From contig NIVC01000132.1 in NCBI GenBank assembly GCA_002269645.1, positions 124,001 through 188,000 on the forward strand: a stretch of 64,000 nucleotides of DNA. The letters run 5' to 3'. This DNA comes from Macrostomum lignano. Taxonomy: Eukaryota. Shown here one piece after another: positions 51,805 through 61,399 of the stretch. Within the stretch, counting starts at the first letter, position 1, and each line of letters starts with the position of its first letter. Position numbers and translations under genes: made by a program. Below the pieces are notes generated by a model. The model worked only from the letters and a program-made list of their open reading frames with translations. It did not search any database and was not told the DNA's origin.

Positions 51805-52050
51805 GTCAAGCAAGAAAGCAGCAAGCTGATGACATGTCACACATAAAATTTCAATAATAGACATATATCTATGGTGAAAATTCTTGTTATTCTAGCAGCA
51901 AAATTGGGGGCAGGGGCGAGCTCAGCCTGATTGCAGCGCATGGGCATTTTGGCGAACGGCGTCTGGCGCAGATCAGCCTGCACGGCGCAGCATTGGTGGT
52001 AGACCAGGGGTAAGTCGCAAAAATGCCACCCCATAAAATACGGGCGTAGT

Positions 52051-52114
52051 ACTAATTAGATGCTGAGGCATTTAGGCTTGATAAGATAGTCATAGTTACT
52101 CCTGCCATTTACCC
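52051..52114 (-). other. 28S rRNA-derived 64-nt fragment, copy 2 (inverted)
   Basis: Reverse complement GGGTAAATGGCAGGAGTAACTATGACTATCTTATCAAGCCTAAATGCCTCAGCATCTAATTAGT: 52/64 ungapped by hand. Confidence 0.82.
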
Positions 52115-52300
52115 AAAACTGCGTTAATTTTGCTTTAGGGTTTCTTTCACAGGTAAGTCATTTCACAGCGTGGCGCAGGTTGTGTAGGCGTCTGGTGTAC
52201 TTAAGCCATGCGCTGCAATAGGGGAGCTCAGCATAAAGTGCTCAATAACCAATGCAACGCGGTGATCAAGCTTAAAAAATTTAATAGTGAGTTCGTCAAA

Positions 52301-53343
52301 ATGGAAGATTTCCAGACTTATGCCTACACTAGATACCATCTTGGAATCTCTGTTATTAGTTGTTATGATGAACTACTTAAAGTTTATGGAGATGCCGCAC
52401 CAAGTCAGTCAACGGTTTACAGATGGCACTCAAAGTTCCATGATGAAGCATTTCCCCTGGCCTCAGCTCCTCGGACTAGCCGGCCACGGTCAACAAGGAC
52501 AACAGAACTGATCAAAACCTGCCGAGCTCTCGTTGAAGAGGATTCAAAAGTTAGTGTCTGAGACCTCGCCAACTTTTTGGAAGTTGGTAAAACAACAGTG
52601 CACAAAATTTTGACCGAGGATTTGCACCTTCGAAACATTTCTGCCGTCTGGGTTCCTTATGCTCTATCTGAGGAGAACAAGACTGCTCGCATCAATTGTG
52701 CCAAGCAAATCCGCAGGCTTTTTTTAACGAGGGGGTGGAAAACTTTTGCGACAAGTACATGGTGGAAGATGAGACATGGGTGTACCTAAACAACACTGGA
52801 ACAAAGCAAAACAACAGGTGCTGGCTTGGCCAAGGAGATCATCGGCCCCAGGTTGTCAGGCACTTAGTCGGGAATGCAAAGACAATGCTTCTGGTTGCTT
52901 TCACTCCAAGCAAGCGCTTCTCCATTAAATCCACAGCCCCAAAGCAAACTGTTGATGCAGATGGCATAGTTCAATTCATTCGGCACACGGGAGACCTATG
53001 GTATACTTTGAGGTCAAAGCCAATTCACCTGTCGGATGTTCTTTGGCAGTAGGACAATGCGCGACCTCACGTAGCCTGTTCTGTGCAGCAGTACATGGAG
53101 TCCCATGGAGTTCAGCTAGTATTTCAGAGTCCTTACAGCCCAGACTTCAATCTGTGCAACTGTTTTTTGTTCAGTTGGATGAAGAATGATTTCTCCAGGC
53201 GAGTATTCAGCGACACAGTTCGAGAAGCTGTGTTGCAGTGGGCAAGAGGCCTTGACGAAGATTGCTTAAAAAGAGAGGTTCAGCGACTCGTTGACCATTG
53301 CCAAGCTGTAATCAATGCAAGGGGAGATTACATTACCAACTAG
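52301..53343 (+). pseudogene. Mariner (DD34D) transposase pseudogene
   Basis: HTH YGDAAPSQSTVYRW, WVPYAL (WVPHEL motif), EDETW, DNARPH, PYSPDF. Lesions: TGA at 52559-61, a frameshift in the T-run near 52720-52727, TAG at 53050-52, and N in place of the third catalytic D (34 residues lie between it and the second D). Confidence 0.93.
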
Positions 53344-55632
53344 TGCTGTTATCTTGTTTTTTGATAGTTCTGACTGGTTTTTTAAATACATTCTCGCGAC
53401 TTTCCGGACAGCCGAAGTATAACTTTTAAAGAAATGTTAAATACCAAATTGAAATGTTTATATATAGACCATTTTGGTAATAACCCATTTTCTATATTGG
53501 AGATAATATATTGAAATATAAATTATAAGATATATGAGAAATTTCTAATAAATTATGATTTGGCAATTAAAAATGAAAAATAAGTATATAATTGGCTTAA
53601 TTTTTATTATAATATTAGGCAATCTATTGGATAATGATTATCAAATAAAATTGCAATCACTTTAAAAATTTTTTTAATAAATAAAGTAGAAATGCTTTAA
53701 ACAATATAACAAACTATTTCTGATATTAAAAATCTTAATTTTTTAGCATTCATAGACTATATTCCAGATCATGTAATATATGCCCAAAAATGGCCTTGCA
53801 ATGCATGCCTAAAGTTGGCATGCATAACTCTTAAAAATAATGTACATACATACTTAGCATGCACTTCATAGAATCACATGGAAAAATTAGTGTTAAGTGG
53901 AAAAAAAATTGAAAATGTTCATATTTTAGCATAAATTTCAAATTTTCTAGCTTTTAAACTCATTAATAATGCATTTAAACAAAAGCTTATGCATATTAAA
54001 TTTTTATTGTAAATGGTATAGACAAGAAAAATAAATAATCAACCAAATTATTAGACACAAAGAGTCTTATGCAATGCATTTTGGAAGATGATCATTTCAA
54101 TTTTACTAGTACATGCAAATGGTTGTTAATCAAAAGTATAGTTCTTACTTTTGGGAAATATTCAGTAGGTACCTAACCCAATGTATAGTACCTTATGATG
54201 TTTATCAAATTAAGCTTTGAATTTTATAAAAATGTTCTTCTCCAAATTGAAATTTGCTTTTTGTGTGCATCACACCATGAAAAACCTTTGGAACATAATC
54301 ATTCCTTTCTAAAAGTTGCATAGAAATGATTGCCTTCCAAAACTGATTATATATAGGCTGACTATTTAAATGACAATTTAACTTATTTAAACATTTTAGT
54401 TTCTTCCATTTGTATAGAGAATTGAGAAAAATGTCAATAGGGATTGATTGTTTACCAAATATTAAGTTAAGCAATGATCCTTATCCAAAAGATTGCTGTT
54501 TATTATTATTTGGATTACTTTTTTAATATCTTAGGCCCTTACCAAATGATAATGAAGCAATTCATATTTTAAATTTATCTATCCTATAGTCATTTTTAAA
54601 TTTATGAGTTTTATAGCACAGTTAAATAAATAAGATATAAAGGAATTAGTTTTTAGGTATATTGATTATTAAAATTGAAAACAAGTTAGTTTGCAACCCT
54701 ACAGAAAAAATTTGTAAAACTGCAGACAGTGTCCAGCACACTTTTGACATTTTTTAAGTGCATTGCATGCACAGGTGCATAATGCCTATACACGTACTAC
54801 CCTTTCCTGTTGGCTGCTGCTTCAGCAAATAAATATACATGAAAAAGGGCCTAATACCTCTGTGGAAAGGGCCTATACGCTTGTCATTTATATTGCTTAC
54901 AGATATTTCAAAATTTGATTTCAATTTTCTCAGAATTGGAATTTTTAAGAGCAAATTTGAATTTCAATGAAAAAATGGAAGTCAAAATTTTGTGTCTAAA
55001 AAGTGGCTAAAAAAGCTAATTTCTACTACATATACATGTATTTTGTTTTACATAAGGAGTATATTGAAAGTAAAAAAGTGAGTGTTGGTCATACTAAACT
55101 TTGTTTTTCTTAATTTTGATTTCAGAAAATTCAATTTTGATTTTAGAAAGTTAGCAAATTTTGATTTTGACAGAAAATGCTCTTTTGGAACATCTCTAAT
55201 AATGCTAAAGCACAATAAAATAATTTGACTCCATTCTAAAGTGCACGTCTGTGGGTTTTTAACATTTATTCCAATAGGGGTATGCAAAGTAAGATGCAAT
55301 GCTATAACCATTTGATTGCAAGTGCTTTATATTTATAGTTTTTCCATTGAATATTCTAGAATAATGAATTCTCTTGAAAGAGTTTGTGATAGAATTCAAC
55401 TTACCATATAAGTTGATACATACAACTTACCATATAATTGGATAGATATTCTTAGATAAATTATATTATAATTATGAATTTTTATCTGGAAACATTAAAA
55501 CCATTGTTTGTTAAACATTTAAACCAATATTAACATTAAAACAAAGTTAATGTTGGCCATAAAAGTAGAAATAAGATTGCATTTATAGTATTCAATACAA
55601 AACACTATTTAATGGTTAACAAACTTTTTTTA

Positions 55633-55900
55633 TCCAGAGTGCTCATGCCTCATCCAGAGTGCTCATGTCTCATCCAGAGTGCTTATGCCTCATCCAGAGT
55701 GCTCATGTCTCATCCAGAGTGCTCATGTCTCATCCAGAGTGCTCATGTCTCATCCAGAGTGCTTATGCCTCATCCAGAGTGCTTATGCCTCATCCAGAGT
55801 GCTTATGCCTCATCCAGAGTGCTTATGCCTCATCCAGAGTGCTCATGCCTCATCCAGAGTGCTTATGCCTCATCCAGAGTGCTCATGTCTCATCCAGAGT
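55633..55900. repeat. 20-bp minisatellite just upstream of crooked neck
   Basis: Unit TCATCCAGAGTGCT(C/T)ATG(C/T)C. Confidence 0.95.
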
Positions 55901-56049
55901 GTCCCATCATCTCATTTGGCTTGTGTCCCATCAGTGAAGTAAATGAATGAATAAAAATTGATATTCCTTTGAATAGCGCAGCCACTTGACCCGAAAATTT
56001 GCTGCAAATTGTCTGCCCCATCGACCATAGCTAGGCCTGTACAACAGCC

Positions 56050-59000
56050 ATGGATTTTGATGACACTGAAGAACTGGGCAGCGGCGCTCGGGCCGCCAGG
56101 CCAAGCTGGCCAAATCTATGAAGGCTAAAAATAAGATGGCCAATCAGGTGCAGATCACAGCCGAGCAGTTGCTGCGCGAGGCCAAAGAGCGCGAACTGGA
56201 AGTGCAGGCTGCTCCTCCGAAGCAGAAAATCAGCAGCATGGCCGAGCTGCGCGATTTCCAGCTCCGTAAACGCAAAGAATATGAGGATAATATACGAAAA
56301 AATCGGACTTCGCTGCACAATTGGATCAAATATGCCGCTTTCGAAGAGGACCAAGGCGAATTGTTCAAGGCTAGGAGTGTTTACGAGCGGGCGCTGGACG
56401 TTGATTATAGGAGTCCCAGTCTGTGGATTAAATACGCTGAGATGGAGATGAAGCACAAACAGGTTAGACTTGGATTTATATTAAACTTTGTGTCAGATAA
56501 TTGCTAAAGAAAGTTCACTGCAGAAATGAGATAAAAAATCTATGGGCTAAAAGCCACTGAAGGATCACGGAGGGGGCTATGACAAGCCACTGAAGGATCA
56601 GGGAGGTGACTATGTGAAGCTACTGAAGGATCAGGGAGGGTGTTAGCAGCAGTCACTGGAGAATCATGGAGGGGGGCTAGGAGAAGCTACTCAAGGATCA
56701 GGGAGGGGGCTAGGAGAAGCTACTCAAGTATCAGGGAGGGGACTAGGAGAAGCTACTCAAGGATCAGGGAGGGGGCTAGGAGAAGCTACTCAAGTATCAG
56801 GGAGGGGACTAGGAGAAGCTACTCAAGGATCAGGGAGGGGGCTAGGAGAAGCTACTGAAGGATCAGGGAGGGTGTTAGCAGCAGCCACTGGAGAATCATG
56901 GAGGGGGGCTAGGAGAAGCTACTCAAGGATCAGGGAGGGGACTAGGAGAAGCTACTCAAGGATCAGAGAGGGGCTAGGAGAAGCTACTCAAGGATCAGAG
57001 AGGGGCTAGGAGAAGCTACTGAAGGATCAGAGAGGGTGATAGCAGCAGCCACTGGAGAATCATGGAGGGCGCTAGGAGAAGCTACTGAAGGATCAGGAAG
57101 GGGGCTAGGAGAAGTCACTGAAGGATCAGGGAGGGTGATAGCAACAGCCACTGGGGAATCATGGAGGGCGCTAGGAGAAACTACTGAAGGATCAGGAAGG
57201 GGGCTAGGAGAAGTCACTGAAGGATCAGGGAGGGTGATAGCAACAGCCACTGGGGAATCATGGAGGGTGATAGCAGCAGTCACTGGAGAATCATGGAAGG
57301 TGATAGCAGCAGTCACTCGAGAATCATGGAGGGTGATAGCAGCAGTCACTGGAGAATCATGGAAGGTGATAGCAGCAGTCACTCGAGAATCATGGAGGGT
57401 GATAGCAGCAGTCACTGGAGAATCATGGAGGGTGATACTGAAAAACACCAGAGTTCTAGAATATCACCACCACACCCCACCAATGCATCGGTCAGGTGAA
57501 CCACGCCAGGAACATATTCGATCGGGCCGTGAGCATACTGCCCAGAGTGAACCAGTTCTGGTACAAATACGCCTATATGGAGGAGATGCTGGGCAATGTG
57601 GCCGGGGCCAGGCAGGTGTTCGAGAGATTCATGGAATGGGAGCCGGACGAGCAGGCCTGGCATTCTTACATTAACTTTGAGCTGCGCTACAAAGAGTTGG
57701 ACAGGGCCAGGTATATCTACGAGAGGTTCGTGCTTGTCCACCCGGAGCCAAAGAATTGGATCAAATACGCCAAGTTTGAAGAACGGAACGGATATCTGGC
57801 TAGCGCTAGACAGGTAAGCTTTTTGCTTCTTTGTATGATGTACTTTATTGCGCTAGTTTTTGCTGCACGGTTTTTTTGGCTGTCCCCTTTTTTCTGTCCT
57901 CATTGACCCTCCTTTGGTCTGCTGACCTCTTTTCCTTTGCTTACTAACCCCTTGACCCTCTCCCTTATCTGCTGACCCCCTTATCTGCTGCCCCCCTTGT
58001 CCCTACCCCTTATCTGCTGACCCCCTTGACCCTCCCCCTTATCTGCTGACCCCCCTGACCCCCTTATCAGCTGCCCCCCTTGCCCCTACCCCTTATCTGC
58101 TGACCCCCTTGACCCTCCCCCTTATCTGCTGACCCCCTTGCCCTACCCCTTATCTGCTGGCCCCCTTATCTCTTAACACCCTTGCCCCTCCCCTTATCTG
58201 CTGCCCCCCTTGCCCCTTCCCCCCTTATCTGCTGATCCCCTTGCCCCTCCCCCTTATCTGCTGACCCCTTACCCCTCCCCCCTTATCTGCTGACCCCCTT
58301 ACCCCTCTCCCCTTATCTGCTGACTCCTGGCGCACGTTTTGATTCCTTTATCTGACTTTCCTCAGAGACCTTGGCCTACTCTTTCGTTATACCTTACCCT
58401 TTTATCGCAAGAAGCCTATTCAAATAAACCTACATGTATAACCGGCGTCCCGCCCGTTCCCAACCCCAGGTGTTCGAACGTGGCGTAGAATTCTACGGCA
58501 ACGAGAATCCCGACGCCCGTCTGCTAATAGAATTCGCCCGATTCGAAGAGCGCCAGAAGGAGCACGAGCGGGCCAGATTCATCTACCGGTTTGCATTGGA
58601 CAATCTGCCCAAATCTGAGCAGGCCGACATCTACAAAGCCTACACTGTGCACGAGAAAAAGTACGGCGACCGGGGCGCAATCGAAAGCGTTGTTATTAGT
58701 AAGCGCCGGATAAAATACGAAGCCGAATTAGAAGACAATCCGCTTAATTACGACGCCTGGTTCGATTATATCCGCCTGGCCGAGGAGGAGCTGGCCAGCA
58801 CCGGACAGGTGGACGATGTGCGACGAATCTACGAGCGAGCGATTGCCTGCCTGCCGCCCCTAGAGGAGAAGCAGCATTGGCGCCGGTACATCTACCTGTG
58901 GATCTACTATGCCCTATTCGAGGAGCTGGTTGCCGGTGATATTCCGCGCACTAGAGAAGTCTACCAGACCTGCCTGACAGTGCTACCGCATAAGAAGTTC

Positions 59001-59896
59001 ACCTTTGCTAAAATTTGGCTACTATTTGCTAAATTTGAAATCAGACAACGCGACGTTACGGCTGCGAGGCGGTTGCTAGGCCAGGCGCTCGGCCGCTGTC
59101 CCAAGGAGCGACTGTTTCGCGGCTACATTGAATTGGAAATTCAACTGCGAGAATTCGATCGTTGCCGCCGATTATACGAGAAGTTTCTAGAATTTTCGCC
59201 AGAGAACTGTCAGACCTGGATGCGATTCGCCGAATTCGAGACTGTACTGGGCGACCTGGACCGGGCCAGGGCGATCTACCGGTTGGCAGTGGGCCAGCCC
59301 CGCCTGGACCTGCCCGAGCTGCTGTGGAAAGGTTTCATTGATTTTGAAATCGAAGCTGAAGAATTCGCCAAAGCCAGGTCGCTCTATAGGGAGCTGCTCG
59401 AACGGACTCAGCACGTGAAGGTGTGGCTGAGCTTCGCCAGCTTCGAGGAGGCCCACGGCGACGGTGCTGACGCTGCCAGGCAGATTTACTCCGAGGCCGA
59501 TGCCGCTATGCGGTTTGGCCGCGACCCGCAGCAGCGGCTCACCCTGCTGGAGGCCTGGCTGGAGTTCGAGAAGCGACAGGCCGGCGGCGACGACCCCGAC
59601 GCCGTGGACCGGGATCCCCGGTGCGCCGGGTCGCCGGCCTCATGCCCGAACGGGCCACTCGGCGTCGCCGTACAGACGACGGCGGCTGGGAAGAATTCGA
59701 AGAGCTGCTGTTCCCGGACGAGCAGCAGCAGCCAAATCTTCGGCTGCTCAGCCTGGCCAGACGCTGGCGTCGGCGTCAGCAGGGCGACGGTGTCGATTTG
59801 GACGACGATGATGACGACGACGATGAGCAGGCTGAGGGCGAAGATGCCGATGATGATGTCGAAGAGGATTCTGATGATGAGGAAGATGATACGTAG
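56050..59896 (+). CDS. CRNKL1: Crooked neck / CRNKL1 (Clf1) HAT-repeat pre-mRNA splicing factor, 3 exons, with two apparent frame disruptions
   Basis: join(56050 or 56118..56462,57496..57813,58470..59896), GT-AG. Motifs [103 protein letters not shown]. The conserved tail LMPER..GWEEF..LFPDE.QPNLRLL lies in a different frame from 59621 on. Confidence 0.95.
56560..57435. repeat. Compound 33-bp minisatellite in CRNKL1 intron 1
   Basis: Interleaved units GGAGGGGGCTAGGAGAAGCTACTCAAGGATCAG and GAGGGTGATAGCAGCAGTCACTGGAGAATCATG. Confidence 0.93.
57905..58330. repeat. C-rich degenerate minisatellite in CRNKL1 intron 2
   Basis: Repeated CCCCTTATCTGCTGACCCCCTTG. Confidence 0.9.
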
Positions 59897-60169
59897 TCGC
59901 CTCCTCGTCCGGCAGCTGGTGGCGTGGATGCGGACTCGCCTTGACGACTAACGAACTCGTTTGGGGTGCCCGCGTGGTTTTCGGATTCTCTGTTTTCTAC
60001 TTCTAGGGGGAGCCAGGAGAGTGCTGCTAGTGCGCTGATCAGATAATATTTAAGTGTAAAATATTTCTACAATTTCAGCCTTCTAAACTGATGAGTTAGT
60101 ATTCTAATATTTAATGAAAATTGTTCCCTTAATTGTTGAAAAACCGGTTCTATTTATAATCTAACTGAA

Positions 60170-60925
60170 GTTTGTGGGAATCCAAATCTATCTGAAGTCT
60201 GCAGGGATCTCAACCTATCAGAAGTCTGTGGGAATCTCAACCTATCTGGCCTCTTAGGGAATCCCAACCTATCGAGTATAGGGGAATCCCAAACTATCTG
60301 GAGTCTAAGGGAATTCCATTTATTCCTATCTATCTGGAGTCTAAGGGAATCCCAATCTATCTGAAGTCTAAGGGAATCCCAATCTATCTGAAGTCTAAGG
60401 GAATCCCAATCTATCTAAGTCCAAGGGAATCCCAATCTATCTGAAGTCTAAGGGAATCCCAATCTATCTGAAAGTCTAAGGGAATCCCAATCTATCTAAG
60501 TCTAAGGGAATCCCAACCAATCTGAAGTCTATGGGAATCCCAATCTATCTAAGTCTAAGGGAATCCCAATCTATCTAAGTCCAAGGGAATCCCAATCTAT
60601 CTAAGTCCAAGGGAATCCCAATCTATCTGAAGTCTATGGGAATCCCAATCTATCTGAAAGTCTAAGGGAATCCCAATCTATCTACAGTCTATGGGAATCC
60701 CAATCTATCTACAGTCTATGGGAATCCCAATCTATCTGAAGTCTATGGGAATCCCAATCTATCTGCAGTCTAAGGGAATCCCAATCTATCTGAAAGTCTA
60801 AGGGAATCCCAATCTATCTACAGTCTATGGGAATCCCAATCTATCTACAGTCTATGGGAATCCCAATCTATCTGCAGTCTAAGGGAATCCCAATCTATTT
60901 ACAGTCTAAAAGGAATCCCAATCTC
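60170..60925. repeat. About 27-bp minisatellite between CRNKL1 and GSTZ1
   Basis: Unit AGGGAATCCCAATCTATCTGAAGTCTA (25-28 bp variants). Confidence 0.95.
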
Positions 60926-61399
60926 AAAACCTACATAAATATGTACTTTTATTGCGCTGCATATTTATCGAATACAACAATGCGCTAAGTCGCAATGCTA
61001 ACATCTTTCCTTCTATTAATTGCATTACATTGCTCCGGTTTACAATGTCATATATCTGTAAAAACAATCTTTGCTTTAAATAAGTGTTTATGTTGTCGCG
61101 TGTGTTGCATTAAACAAATTAACGCACCCAATAAAATGTTTGTAGCATTTTTGTCATAAACTATGTGCATGTAAATAGTAAATGTGCGTGAGAAGGTGCG
61201 TCTGATTCTTTCCCTGCAATCATTTAAGTTTTATTTAAATCTTCAAGTTTAGATAGATGTTGAAAAAGATAAATTAAGACTTATGCTTGTAAATTCTTGG
61301 TGTTGTTTGTATCTAAGGACATTAAAGTTTTATTAATTATAGTTAATAATTTTCCATTTCAGCGCTTTCCAGTTTAGCGACTTTGATTAACTGAGAATC

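Larger units (their letters stand above)
51463..53419 (+). mobile_element. Full-length mariner element (dead) with nested insertions in its 5' region
   Basis: Left TIR TACTTTGCCTGTCCGGAAGGTTGTGAGAATGT and right TIR (reverse complement) TACTTCGGCTGTCCGGAAAGTCGCGAGAATGT. TA TSD at 51461-62 and 53420-21. Contains a transposase pseudogene. Confidence 0.92.

Noticed and set aside
51634-52114. A genuine rRNA gene
   Set aside because: There are only two 64-nt fragments, embedded in transposons, with no flanking LSU sequence.
59611-59622. GGATCCCCGG resembling a pUC polylinker
   Set aside because: Only 10 nt match, in a GC-rich context, and no other vector sequence is present.
59630-59951. C-terminal extension of ORF 58434-59951 (RCAGSPAS...RTRLDD)
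   Set aside because: It is off-frame relative to the conserved CRNKL1 tail, which ends at 59896.
60088-60122. CTGATGA...GAAA as a second hammerhead (also CTGATGA at 35221)
   Set aside because: Stem II does not abut GAAA, and no stem I/III pairing was found.
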